Positions 51,265 through 60,471 of a DNA stretch of 64,000 nt are shown one piece after another (position 1 is the first letter of the stretch; each line of letters opens with the position of its first letter). The stretch comes from Candidatus Woesearchaeota archaeon (GTDB taxonomy: Archaea > Nanobdellota > Nanobdellia > Woesearchaeales > UBA525). The stretch lies in assembly GCA_028818155.1 (NCBI GenBank), contig JAPPOH010000005.1, forward strand, positions 29,943 to 93,942, written 5' to 3'. Below the pieces are notes generated by a model. The model saw nothing but the letters and a program-made list of their open reading frames with translations. It ran no database searches and was not told the origin of the DNA. The position numbers were made by a program, and so were the translations under genes.

Positions 51265-51963
51265 ATGGACCCGCCAAAGTGCACACTGAAAATCCTCGGC
51301 ACGAATCATATTGCAGAGGAATCCGTCCGTGACATCAAGAAGACATTCAAAGAGTTCAAGCCAGACGTTATTGCTGTGGAATTAGATAAGAGAAGATTAC
51401 AATCCTTGCAAGAACGACTCAAAGGAGCAAAACAGTCCATCCCACTCAGCATGATCAGGCACGTGGGACTCACAGGCTTTCTCTTCATGGTCATCGGCGC
51501 GTTCGTACAGAAGAAACTCGGGAACATCGTCCACGTCCAGCCAGGCATGGATATGCTCACGACCATCCAAGAAGCGAAAAAAATAGGCAAACCAACATTT
51601 CTTGTTGACCAAGATGTCATGATTACGATGCGGCACCTCTCCAAAGCCTTCACGTGGAGAGAAAAGTTCCAGATCCTCTGGGATGTCATCGCTTCCCCAT
51701 TCTCAAAGATCGATATCAAAATCGACATCAGAAAAGTTCCAGATAAGAAAACAATCAAGCAACTCCTGCAACTCCTCAAGGAGCGCTACCCATCTATCTA
51801 TAACGTGCTCATTATCGAGAGAAACGTCGTCATGGCGACGAGGATTGATAGGATTATCAGAGCACAACCTGGAAAGAAAATTCTCTTAGTCGTAGGAGCA
51901 GGACATGAAGAGGATCTCACGGCGAGGTTCAAGGTGATTGAACATCTCGTGACAGTTGTGTAA
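51265..51963 (+). CDS. traB: TraB/PrgY (TraB-GumN) family protein
   Basis: 'ILGTNH', 'PDVIAVELDKRR', 'PGMDM', 'LVDQDV', 'ERNVVMA', 'VVGAGH'. Confidence 0.9.
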   Translation: MDPPKCTLKILGTNHIAEESVRDIKKTFKEFKPDVIAVELDKRRLQSLQERLKGAKQSIPLSMIRHVGLTGFLFMVIGAFVQKKLGNIVHVQPGMDMLTTIQEAKKIGKPTFLVDQDVMITMRHLSKAFTWREKFQILWDVIASPFSKIDIKIDIRKVPDKKTIKQLLQLLKERYPSIYNVLIIERNVVMATRIDRIIRAQPGKKILLVVGAGHEEDLTARFKVIEHLVTVV

Positions 51964-51998
51964 GAAAGCTTATTAGGAGATACACCACTTCCCCTGTA

Positions 51999-52274
51999 AT
52001 GCATGCATTACTCTATACAGAAACACACCCTCAAAGGGGAGAGAGACCAGAAACAACATACTTCATAGCGGATCTCCGAGGATGCAAATCTCTCGGGCTC
52101 GGGAGCACGTTGTGCACGACAAATAGCGTTGTTTTCGCAGATCAGCTAGCACAATTAGAAGAAGTTGGTGTTCAGTTACACTCTCAAAGACCACTTCGTG
52201 CTCTTTCACCCTGGAGACCGGGCGGACACTACAGAGATCCAATCCGTGTCACGACAGCCCCGTTCACTCCTTAG
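51999..52274 (+). CDS. Hypothetical protein
   Basis: 91-aa ORF filling the intergenic gap; no motif. Confidence 0.4.
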   Translation: MHALLYTETHPQRGERPETTYFIADLRGCKSLGLGSTLCTTNSVVFADQLAQLEEVGVQLHSQRPLRALSPWRPGGHYRDPIRVTTAPFTP

Positions 52275-52325
52275 CACGAATTTCGAAAGATAACCTTTTT
52301 AACCTCGCTTTTTAAAGACTCGACT

Positions 52326-53192
52326 ATGGCAATGCCTGGCGCACACAACGTGTGGTACAATCTCAAGAACTATGTGCGTGTTATGCCCGACGAATTCATC
52401 GGCATCTGTGTCACAGCGGTCTTCGCTTCATTCATCCTCACATTCAACGATTGGGGGACAACAACATTCAACGTGGCAGCAGGACTGCGCTCATTATTGA
52501 CAGTCTTCATTTATCTCGCAATCATTTTTCTTATCACAACATGTATCGCAAAGTTAATCGGTATCAAGCAAGGATTTCTCGTGTACTATCAGCCACATTT
52601 GATCGGCATGATGGCAGGATTGATCATTTGCGTCGCCTCAGCAGGCTACTTGCCTATTTTCTTGCCGGGAGGGTTCAAACTTGACTATCCACACAGGATG
52701 GTCATGGGAAAATGGCGTGGCTACCACAGACAGTGGGAGCTTGGCATGATTAATGGGTTATTCCCGCTCGTGATTCTTGCGTTTTTGTTGCTCTTGAACC
52801 CCTTGTACATGACCACAGGGAATGAGATGTATGTGAAACTAATCGTGGTCACATGTCTCGTTGCAATCTTTGCGATGATTCCCCTGCCGAATATTGCGTT
52901 GGAGTATGGTGGTCGTGTGACGGACTTCTTCCGGTACTTGAAAGGCGCAACCTTCGGCTTTGATGTGTTTTTCTGCAGCAAGAACTGGTATACTGCTTTG
53001 GTGACGTACGTGCTTTTCTTCAGCATCGTCTCGTATATTCTCACGAAGTCTGGTGCAAAAGTTGGCGTCGCACTCTACATTCTCAGCTGGATTGTCGGCG
53101 GACTTGCGCTGTTCATCTATAGGCATATCGTCTATGATCCTTCCTCTGGGCAAGAGTATCACTTCACCTATTCCGGTGGAGAGCCTGAGTAA
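52326..53192 (+). CDS. Polytopic membrane protein (resembles an inactive site-2 protease M50 fold)
   Basis: About 7 hydrophobic segments and 'AIFAMIPLP' resembling the FNLLP motif. No HExxH. Confidence 0.75.
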   Translation: MAMPGAHNVWYNLKNYVRVMPDEFIGICVTAVFASFILTFNDWGTTTFNVAAGLRSLLTVFIYLAIIFLITTCIAKLIGIKQGFLVYYQPHLIGMMAGLIICVASAGYLPIFLPGGFKLDYPHRMVMGKWRGYHRQWELGMINGLFPLVILAFLLLLNPLYMTTGNEMYVKLIVVTCLVAIFAMIPLPNIALEYGGRVTDFFRYLKGATFGFDVFFCSKNWYTALVTYVLFFSIVSYILTKSGAKVGVALYILSWIVGGLALFIYRHIVYDPSSGQEYHFTYSGGEPE

Positions 53193-53193
53193 A

Positions 53194-53574
53194 TTATCTT
53201 CGCAAGTGTTTTTCATACTCTTGCAGAAACTGATCAATCACTTCTCTTTCTCGTTGCATCCTATGTTGCCTTCCTTCCTCAATATGCTGTTCTGCTTCAG
53301 GAACGGATGCTGTAAAAATTTGATGGAACTGGCGAACTTCATGAGGAAGATGTAACATATCTCCAGTAGGGTGAACAAGGGCGCTTCCTTCAGGACTGTA
53401 TCCATCACGAAGCCAGACCAAATCTCTTGTTCGTTGGTCTCGTATTGCGAGCGGTGAGCGCTGGAATACATCACTCTCTTGCATACCTGCATCTTCAACT
53501 CCAAGCGCTTCCACAAGTATAGCGGCTCCTGTCTTGTATGCTTCGATAGGATTATCGCTGATATGCACGTCCAT
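53194..53574 (-). CDS. Hypothetical protein
   Basis: ORF from MDVHISDNP, with a TATA-like TTTTATA about 25 bp upstream. Confidence 0.55.
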   Translation of the reverse strand: MDVHISDNPIEAYKTGAAILVEALGVEDAGMQESDVFQRSPLAIRDQRTRDLVWLRDGYSPEGSALVHPTGDMLHLPHEVRQFHQIFTASVPEAEQHIEEGRQHRMQREREVIDQFLQEYEKHLRR

Positions 53575-53606
53575 ACATTTAGATTCATGTTCGTGTATAA
53601 AAAGAT

Positions 53607-53873
53607 TCACACAAACGAATACAACCCTTTGAATGCCAAATAGATAGCCAAACACAACGCTGCCGTCTGGTGTGTGTGCCAGAAGAACCAGAACATGAGC
53701 AGCCCAATGATCACATCTACAACACTCAGAATATCTGGCATCGTGATGAGTCCTTTGACGATAATCGCAAGGCCCATGCCTGCCTGCAGATGGTTGAATG
53801 GATGATCAAATACAATGCCGACGAATGCAATCGCCGCGAGGACGTCGATTATCCCGAAGAACCAGAGGAGCAT
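53607..53873 (-). CDS. Small integral membrane protein
   Basis: 88 aa, nearly all hydrophobic, with an internal duplication (D..A...KGL twice). Confidence 0.75.
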   Translation of the reverse strand: MLLWFFGIIDVLAAIAFVGIVFDHPFNHLQAGMGLAIIVKGLITMPDILSVVDVIIGLLMFWFFWHTHQTAALCLAIYLAFKGLYSFV

Positions 53874-54030
53874 GTTGCGAGGAATTTGAGAGAGTATTTA
53901 TTGATTTTTTTACTATAGAGAAAGGAATTTCTCGTCAATAACATCGACGACAAATCCGAAACCTTTAAAAGGACAATTCCCTAAAATCACGTCTAAGAAA
54001 GGACAGAAGTCCATTCGAGGTGGCATTAAC

Positions 54031-54258
54031 ATGGCAAAAAAGGTTGCAAAGGTTGGCGTCAAGAAGGAGGGAGGCTATCTCTACTTCGTTGACAAACAAG
54101 GAGACGTTAGTCGAGCAAAGATGGCTCGCGGCGGAAAGAAAGGCGGTAAGCCAGAGAAAGTTGCGAAAGCAGGCGTCAAGAAGGAGAAGGGATACCTCTA
54201 CTTCGTTGATAAAGACGGCGACATTAGCAACGCAAAGATGGCTCGCGGTCGAAAGTAA
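54031..54258 (+). CDS. Small basic protein made of two direct repeats (candidate nucleic-acid-binding/chromatin protein)
   Basis: KVAK.GVKKE.GYLYFVDK.GD.S.AKMARG occurs twice. GAGGTGG RBS, TTTAAAA box upstream, T-tract downstream. Confidence 0.85.
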   Translation: MAKKVAKVGVKKEGGYLYFVDKQGDVSRAKMARGGKKGGKPEKVAKAGVKKEKGYLYFVDKDGDISNAKMARGRK

Positions 54259-54260
54259 AC

Positions 54261-54283
54261 CTTCTTTTTTTCAACACTTTTTC
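54261..54283 (+). terminator. Oligo-T terminator
   Basis: CTTCTTTTTTTCAACACTTTTTC right after the stop codon. Confidence 0.55.
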
Positions 54284-54358
54284 TTGTACCTGCACGTAGT
54301 GCTCTATTTACCATTCTCATGTAGAAATAGTTAAATAGAGTACTTGAATCCTCGATGC

Positions 54359-54988
54359 ATGCATGAACGATCACTAGGGAGAACAGTTCACATTTCAGAC
54401 CCGAACCTTCCTAAACCAGTGGGAGAGTTTTTTCGAAAGTGTAGCTCTGACTATGCGATCTGGCAAGGGCAAGCGTATTCAATACGGGACAAATCGAGAA
54501 GAGGAGGTCTCACTCTCAGGATGGGACCAATAGGAAGTGTACCAGGTCTCACATGCGAAGATATCTACATCGAGCGCGTTGAGCGAGGAAGAATTCCTGT
54601 AAGTATGTATGAAATAACAACAGAAATACTACCCTTCGCGTGTTTCCCAGAAGGCACTCGTGATGAAGTCCTTAAATTTTCAAGATCTTCAGTAGCACGA
54701 CACGATATAATGCTAACAAGAGATGGAGATGATCTTATACGAACACAAGAGCAAGTAACACGCGTTACTGGAGCGTACCTGGATCGTGTTGAAGAGCATT
54801 TCTTAGGGAGAAAAATAGGTTACTCAGCACTTGAACCTCCATTTGAGGAACACCCAGACGGAGGATTCAGAATACCAAGCACTACTGCACGCATGCAGCT
54901 TCTCCAAAACGAGAGAGGTTATGATCTTCAAGTCACAAGTAATGGAGAAACCTGTGTCGCAGGTACGTTAGTCACAATACCCCAGTAA
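54359..54988 (+). CDS. Hypothetical protein
   Basis: ORF with TTAAATA about 28 bp upstream; no family recognised. Confidence 0.6.
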   Translation: MHERSLGRTVHISDPNLPKPVGEFFRKCSSDYAIWQGQAYSIRDKSRRGGLTLRMGPIGSVPGLTCEDIYIERVERGRIPVSMYEITTEILPFACFPEGTRDEVLKFSRSSVARHDIMLTRDGDDLIRTQEQVTRVTGAYLDRVEEHFLGRKIGYSALEPPFEEHPDGGFRIPSTTARMQLLQNERGYDLQVTSNGETCVAGTLVTIPQ

Positions 54989-55029
54989 TTTTCGCATAGT
55001 TTTTTAAGCACCATTTCTAGCATGCGGTC

Positions 55030-56298
55030 ATGGGCGAGGCATGCGACGACTTATTCGAGAACGCATTACAGCAATTACACCAAGCGTTTGAGCATATTGA
55101 CGTTTCCGACGATGTAAAAGCACTTCTTACAGTGCCGAAAGAACTCGTCACGTTCAACATTCCTGTTCGCTTGGATAACGGAGACCTCAAAACATTCACA
55201 GCGCACAGAGTCCACTATAATGACGCGATTGGCCCCTGCAAGGGAGGTATTCGCTACCACGAGTCTGTCTGTCTGGGCGAGGTAAAAGCTCTTTCCTTCT
55301 GGATGGCAATCAAATGCGCGTTAGTGAACGTCCCCTTCGGGGGTGGCAAGGGTGGCGTGCAAGTGAACGTCAAAGAGCTCAGCAAGGCTGAGTTAGAAAG
55401 GGTCAGCAGAGGCTTCGTTCGAGGAGCGGGCGACTTTCTCGGCCCGGATAAGGACATCCCTGCCCCAGACATGTACACCACGAGCAAGATCATGCTGTGG
55501 ATGAGTGACGAGTACAACACGATTAAAGGATCGTACCAGCCAGCATTCATCACAGGCAAGCCAATCGAACTCGGAGGCTCCGAAGGGAGAGAGACGGCAA
55601 CCGCACGAGGTGCGTTCTTCTGCACGAGAGAATTAGCGAAGGCAAAAGAACTGGACGTCCAGAAAACAACAGTGGCCGTCCAAGGCTTTGGAAATGCTGG
55701 TAGTTATTTAGCAGCAATGCTCCACGACTACGGCTTTAAGGTCGTGGCAGTTTCTGACAGCCAAGGCGGCATCTACAAGAAAGCAGGGATAGACCCTGTC
55801 AAGCTCAAGTACATGAAGAAGAAGTGGAAGCTGTCTATTCCTGAACTAGCAAAGGACATGAAAGCGAAAAAGATCACGAACAAACAACTCCTCGAACTGG
55901 ACGTGGATATCCTCGCGCCCTCAGCATTAGAGAACCAAATCACGAAGAAGAACGCACGGAACGTCAAAGCAAAGTATATCGTTGAAGTCGCGAACGGCCC
56001 AACAACGCCGGCAGCAGATACAATTCTCGAGAAGAAAAAAATCTTGGTCGTTCCTGATGTGTTGGCGAACGCAGGAGGCGTGACTGTGAGCTATTTCGAG
56101 TGGGTGCAGAACAAAGAAGGGTACTACTGGGATGCGGACACGATCGACGATCGGTTAGAGAAGATCATGGTGCCTGCCTTCCATAGAACGTATGAATTAA
56201 TGACGGAGAAGAAGGTTTCTATGCGGACGGCTGCATTCTTAACAGCGATTCAACGGATTGCGAAGGCGGTGGACGCGAAGGGGCTTATTGGGGTGTAG
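55030..56298 (+). CDS. gdhA: Glutamate dehydrogenase (Glu/Leu/Phe/Val family)
   Basis: 'GPCKGGIRYH', 'PFGGGKGG', 'DIPAPD', 'ITGKP...GGS.GR..ATARG', 'VQGFGNAG', 'EVANGP', 'NAGGVTVSYFEWVQN'. Confidence 0.97.
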   Translation: MGEACDDLFENALQQLHQAFEHIDVSDDVKALLTVPKELVTFNIPVRLDNGDLKTFTAHRVHYNDAIGPCKGGIRYHESVCLGEVKALSFWMAIKCALVNVPFGGGKGGVQVNVKELSKAELERVSRGFVRGAGDFLGPDKDIPAPDMYTTSKIMLWMSDEYNTIKGSYQPAFITGKPIELGGSEGRETATARGAFFCTRELAKAKELDVQKTTVAVQGFGNAGSYLAAMLHDYGFKVVAVSDSQGGIYKKAGIDPVKLKYMKKKWKLSIPELAKDMKAKKITNKQLLELDVDILAPSALENQITKKNARNVKAKYIVEVANGPTTPAADTILEKKKILVVPDVLANAGGVTVSYFEWVQNKEGYYWDADTIDDRLEKIMVPAFHRTYELMTEKKVSMRTAAFLTAIQRIAKAVDAKGLIGV

Positions 56299-56635
56299 CG
56301 TATTTTTCTACGAGCGCTTTGAGATCGTCTGGCATAATTCCTTTCGGGATTTTTTCTTGGTATCTTTCTAGAGAACCAGGGGGAGCATCGCCAATACTAA
56401 CGACAGGAATGTTGCGGTAGTCTGCATAAGCAGGGTCTCGTTCGAGCGTGTCAAGGAACTCATCACCATTCTTCTCTGGCATGTTGTGGTCGAGGAGGAT
56501 CAGATCTGGTTTTTGTGCAAGTTGCTCTAACGCCTCAACTCCATTCTCAGCTTCAAGAACTTCGTGGTCTCGTTTCAATGCTATTCTCATTGTTGTCCGT
56601 GCCGCGGAGTTATCGTCAACGATGAGGACTTTCAT
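56285..56635 (-). CDS. Stand-alone response regulator receiver (CheY-like)
   Basis: 'KVLIVDD', 'AENGVEALE', 'PDLILLDHNMP..NG', 'IPVV'. Confidence 0.9.
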   Translation of the reverse strand: MKVLIVDDNSAARTTMRIALKRDHEVLEAENGVEALEQLAQKPDLILLDHNMPEKNGDEFLDTLERDPAYADYRNIPVVSIGDAPPGSLERYQEKIPKGIMPDDLKALVEKYATPQ

Positions 56636-56659
56636 ACGAATTGGGTTTCGTCATCACTC

Positions 56660-57157
56660 TTAAATGTTGTAGATTTTCCTATATAAAAGAATGAATACGT
56701 CCTTCTCGACTTTCAAGCCTGCTTTCACGAGTGCTTCTGCTAATTTCTCCCCTCGTGTCTCTTCTTCCACAGGTTTAAATTTAAAGAGCGCGCGGAACGT
56801 ATCGGTGCTCAAATAGCCGTCGTGCATTTGAATCACGGCAGCTTTTCTTTTGAGAACGTTCCCTTTCATGAGATCCACGGAGAATCCGTCTCGCGCGGGT
56901 GGTTTTCCAAGAAAGCCATGCAGCCAGAGACAGTGCTGGACAAGGTCCCTGATGATTTTTTTCAAAGGGGTGTTGTTCATGTAACTTTCTAACTCGACGT
57001 TCTTCCACTGAGTAAAAGACATCTCTTGTAATTTCTCAGGCTTGTACAGCGCGCCAAGGTACTTCTTCACGCGCTGCTTCGTCTTCCCATTCTTCCACGT
57101 GTTCTCGACGAGATACGCGTATTTTTTCCCTGAGATCGTTTTGACGCGAATGAACAT
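56660..57157 (-). CDS. Hypothetical protein with IS1634-transposase-like N-terminus, no catalytic domain
   Basis: 'MFIRVKTISGKKYAYLVENTWKNGKTKQRVKKYLG'. Only 165 aa, with no DDE region. Confidence 0.65.
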   Translation of the reverse strand: MFIRVKTISGKKYAYLVENTWKNGKTKQRVKKYLGALYKPEKLQEMSFTQWKNVELESYMNNTPLKKIIRDLVQHCLWLHGFLGKPPARDGFSVDLMKGNVLKRKAAVIQMHDGYLSTDTFRALFKFKPVEEETRGEKLAEALVKAGLKVEKDVFILLYRKIYNI

Positions 57158-57189
57158 GGTGCTTTTAGGCACCAGCTAATATTTAATGA

Positions 57190-57393
57190 TTATGCTTGCA
57201 ACTCAGTCATTTTCTCAGGCGTTAGCACTTTGCTCGCATTCAGAATCTCAATCCCGAGTAGTTTCCCCTTCTCATTCAAATCAAGTACAATATCTTTGTC
57301 TAACTCCATAGTTTTCTCCACAGCGCTGTCAGCGACCGGATAGGTTACATAGAGATAGCCAGCATCCACTTCTTTGTCGTACTCGAATTTCAT
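57190..57393 (-). CDS. DUF2283-domain protein
   Basis: 'MKFEYDKEVDAGYLY...DIVLDLNEKGKLLGIEILNASK'. Confidence 0.88.
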   Translation of the reverse strand: MKFEYDKEVDAGYLYVTYPVADSAVEKTMELDKDIVLDLNEKGKLLGIEILNASKVLTPEKMTELQA

Positions 57394-57472
57394 ATAAGAT
57401 CATTTCCACTCCTTGTTTAAAATTCTTCTCCCCCAACCCTTAAATAACACATTCTCATTCCCACAGCTGATG

Positions 57473-58609
57473 ATGGACATCCCATACGAGCAAGCTGTTG
57501 AAAAAATAACAACAGAAGCGAACACTTCTGCAGAAGAGATCGAGCAAAAAGTCAAAGCGAAGCTCGAAGAACTCTCCGGACTCATCAGCAAGGACGGCGC
57601 GATCCACATCGTCGCGAACGAACTTGGCGTGAAACTTACACCAGAGGTGAAAGAGAGTGGTGGTGAGGTCACTATCTCGTCTTTAACAGTCGGCATGCGA
57701 GGCGCAATCGTCACAGCGAAAGTCTTGCAAAAGTACGACGTGAAAGAGTTCGATAAGAACGGCCGCCAAGGCAAGGTGGCGAGCATGCTCGTCGGCGATG
57801 CCTCCGGAATAACACGGTTAGTCTTCTGGAACGACCAAGTGGAGATCTTCCAAGAGCTCAAAGAGAACGATATTCTGAAAGTCACGAACCCGTTCGTGAA
57901 GGAATCGTACATGAAGGATAGGCTCGAGCTCCAAATGAACGATCAGTCACAACTCACAGTCAATCCAGAAGGGGTGACTGTCGAGGTCAAACCACGAGAA
58001 ACGCAAGATAGAACGCCCAAGTACATCAAAGACCTACAAGGCGGCGAGCAAAACATTGAAGTTGTGGCAACCATCGTCCAGGTCTTTGACCCTGTGTATT
58101 ACGACGCGTGCCCGGAATGCAGGAAAAAAGCAGAGAACAACCTCTGTCCGACGCACGGGGAGGTCACTTCTGAGCCAAACTTCAACGTGAGCCTGTTCAT
58201 CGACGATGGCACAGGAAATATTCGCACGAGCTTCTGGAAGAAACAGGCGATCCAACTCACTGGGTTAACAGACGAGCAGATGGTCTCGTTCAGAGAAAAC
58301 CCTGCCGGGTTCGAGGAGAAAAAGAACGATCTTCTTGGTGAAATCATCAAGGTTGTAGGGAGTGTCAAGAAAAACGAGCAGTACGATCGTATCGAGATGA
58401 ACGCACAATTAGTGTTCACTGACGTGGATCCTGCTGTCGAGATGAAGAACCTCGAACAGAAGTTCGAGAGTAACAGAAAGGAAGCACCAACAGAGACCCC
58501 GAAAGAGGAACCGAAGATGGAAGAACCTGTTGTGGTAGGCGAGACAGCAAAGCCTAAAATCAAAGAAGAAGTTATCTCTCTGGACCAGCTCGAGGAGATG
58601 GGGAAGTAG
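57473..58609 (+). CDS. rpa: Replication protein A (OB folds plus zinc finger)
   Basis: N-terminal 'LSGLISKDGAIHIVANELGV', OB fold 'GKVASMLVGDASG..RLVFW', 'CPEC...CPTHG' zinc finger, 'IDDGTGNIR'. Confidence 0.9.
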   Translation: MDIPYEQAVEKITTEANTSAEEIEQKVKAKLEELSGLISKDGAIHIVANELGVKLTPEVKESGGEVTISSLTVGMRGAIVTAKVLQKYDVKEFDKNGRQGKVASMLVGDASGITRLVFWNDQVEIFQELKENDILKVTNPFVKESYMKDRLELQMNDQSQLTVNPEGVTVEVKPRETQDRTPKYIKDLQGGEQNIEVVATIVQVFDPVYYDACPECRKKAENNLCPTHGEVTSEPNFNVSLFIDDGTGNIRTSFWKKQAIQLTGLTDEQMVSFRENPAGFEEKKNDLLGEIIKVVGSVKKNEQYDRIEMNAQLVFTDVDPAVEMKNLEQKFESNRKEAPTETPKEEPKMEEPVVVGETAKPKIKEEVISLDQLEEMGK

Positions 58610-58889
58610 CTCTTCTGAGCGGCTGCGCTCCCGACCACATGTCTATAAGTCGTATAAGCCGAATACCTTCTCTGTCTAATACTTGTTTCTGCGTGATACC
58701 ATGTTCTCGCATTCCTGCTCGCATGGTACTGCGTGTTGGCTCAAATGGCAAAGTCCCTTCTTCATACATGCGCTGCAGTCCTCGAAGAACATACCCGTTT
58801 CTTCGGTAGGAATTCATTAATTTTGCTCCAATAAGGCCGCATGCAACCCCAACACTCGGATAGAGCACAAGCGATGTAATAACGTCCAT
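58572..58889 (-). CDS. Hypothetical protein with N-terminal TM
   Basis: Hydrophobic N-terminus, TTTATA box about 28 bp upstream, similarity to the adjacent pseudogene. Confidence 0.6.
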   Translation of the reverse strand: MDVITSLVLYPSVGVACGLIGAKLMNSYRRNGYVLRGLQRMYEEGTLPFEPTRSTMRAGMREHGITQKQVLDREGIRLIRLIDMWSGAQPLRRATSPSPRAGPER

Positions 58890-58937
58890 ACTTGCAGAGT
58901 GCCCTGGCTCAATATAAACATTTCTAAAATTCTCAAA

Positions 58938-59168
58938 TTATAGATCAAGCAGCTTCTCTAATCTTCCAACAGTAAGCAAGTTTGGTTGATGAGGAAGTCT
59001 CCCTTGCGCGCCCAATCGAGCGAGCTCATCAACTCATTCACATCTGTCGTTGTACAAAGTAACAGGATTTCTTATAGTATCAACACCAGCAACAACCGCT
59101 GCAGCAGTCACTCCATATAGTGCAGCAACGCCGAATGTGACTGTGAGCTCGTTGACAAGATATGACAT
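58938..59168 (-). pseudogene. Probable paralog of 58572-58889 interrupted by an in-frame TGA
   Basis: MSYLVNELTVTFGVAALYGVTAAAVVAGVDTIRNPVTLYNDRCE*VDELARLGAQGRLPHQPNLLTVGRLEKLLDL*, TGA at 59034-59036. 'LARLGAQGRLPHQP' resembles 'LQRMYEEGTLPFEP' in the neighbour. Confidence 0.55.
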
Positions 59169-59252
59169 GTTTGTATCATGGCTGACGAGAATAAAAACGT
59201 TCCCCTAAAGCTTTATAAACTCCCAAGTCAGGAATATACTTGGTGATATATT

Positions 59253-59447
59253 ATGGGCGGTAATAAATGTAAATGTGTAATGGGAGTTCTTTTGCTGCTT
59301 GTTGGTCTTTTGTACCTCGGAGCAGACATGGGCTGGTGGTCCTTCTGGACTGTGAGCTGGTGGACGATGGCATTCTTGTTCATGGGTCTGTGCAAATGCA
59401 TGGCGAGCATGTGCTGTGATAAGGGTTCCTGCAAGACAAAGAAATAA
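59253..59447 (+). CDS. Small Cys-rich two-TM membrane protein
   Basis: 64 aa with two TM segments and CKC/CKC/CC/C. TTTATAAA box upstream, long T-tract downstream. Confidence 0.8.
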   Translation: MGGNKCKCVMGVLLLLVGLLYLGADMGWWSFWTVSWWTMAFLFMGLCKCMASMCCDKGSCKTKK

Positions 59448-59474
59448 CTTCTATTTTTTTTCTTTTTCTTTTTA

Positions 59475-60404
59475 CTATACTTCAAAAACACACTTCCTAG
59501 GCTCTCGTGCTTTGTACAGACGTTCTATCCGGTTACTCGCAACGGTTGAACCAAGTTCACGAGCATGCATAAAATGTTCTGCAGCCTTCTCTTCCCTCCC
59601 TTGTCGTTTCGCCAGATCTCCTAATTGGATGTGTGGCGCGGGCTCACTAGGCTCAAGTTCTGCACTCGCAGAAAAAGCACTATGAGCGTTCATGGAAGTA
59701 GATTGCTGGTGTGTCACCTGTAACAACTGGTAACGTCGTCCAACATGATAAAAATCACTCGCACTCTCTGCTGTTCTTCTTAATTCTCTCACTCGCATTC
59801 GCTCTCGCACCGTAAGATCTCTGTAATATTGTGCAGCTCCATGTTTGCCATCGTGTACGATAGTGAATGGTGAAAAGAGTTCTCTGTCAGGCGTGACGTC
59901 GTTTTCTGCTATTGTGCCGTGTTCTTTGCCTGGTACATACACTGGACTCTCCCATATGATTCCATCATATCCTGTTCCTCGCCGAAAGAGAAACTCACGA
60001 TTGCATCGAAAATCCCTCCCTTCAAGGTAGACTTCTCGTGCACGAATGATGTCATATGTTCCATCTTCTGTATCAACAAAAGAACGAAGAGCATCCAAAT
60101 CTCGCAAATCTGGTCGCATGTCTTGGTGTAGACGCATACTCCAATCAGCATTTGCTTTCTCAAGTAAGGTGTTTATTGCGTGACTAAAGTTGTTTTGCCA
60201 TTCGTACGGAAATACAGTGACTGGTATCGACCAGTCTGCAACAGTAGCTTCCACAATCTCTTGTGTGCTGTCTGTTGTCTGTGTGCTGATTCCTATGACT
60301 GCTTCGTCAAGAATAGGCCTGAGAAGTTTTAGTGTTCTATCTATTTTGAGTGCTGATGCTTCGGCATTGTTGAGGAGTGCACAAACTGCAAGAGTTTTTC
60401 CCAC
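59475..60404 (-). CDS. Divergent glycosyltransferase family 2-like protein with C-terminal TPR
   Basis: 'STDSTQEIV', 'YEWQNNFSHAIN......ADW.MRLHQD', 'LFRR...YDGIIWE' parallel GT2 (SunS-like) motifs; TPR-like 'AFSASAELEP...AHIQLG'. Confidence 0.7.
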   Translation of the reverse strand: MGKTLAVCALLNNAEASALKIDRTLKLLRPILDEAVIGISTQTTDSTQEIVEATVADWSIPVTVFPYEWQNNFSHAINTLLEKANADWSMRLHQDMRPDLRDLDALRSFVDTEDGTYDIIRAREVYLEGRDFRCNREFLFRRGTGYDGIIWESPVYVPGKEHGTIAENDVTPDRELFSPFTIVHDGKHGAAQYYRDLTVRERMRVRELRRTAESASDFYHVGRRYQLLQVTHQQSTSMNAHSAFSASAELEPSEPAPHIQLGDLAKRQGREEKAAEHFMHARELGSTVASNRIERLYKAREPRKCVFEV

Positions 60405-60471
60405 GAAGGTGTAAACAGCAAGGAGTATTTAAATATAACTATTATAACTACTGAAGAGTGACTATAGAAAG

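Noticed and set aside
58989..59080. RNase P RNA suggested by GAGGAAGTCTCC
   Set aside because: No matching 3' P4 strand or GC-rich P1; the stretch is better explained as the antisense of a small pseudogene.
42631..59168. Alternative genetic code suggested by two in-frame stops
   Set aside because: One is TAG and the other TGA, while conserved genes here end properly at TAG (cdc6, rpa) and TGA (trmB, zwf).
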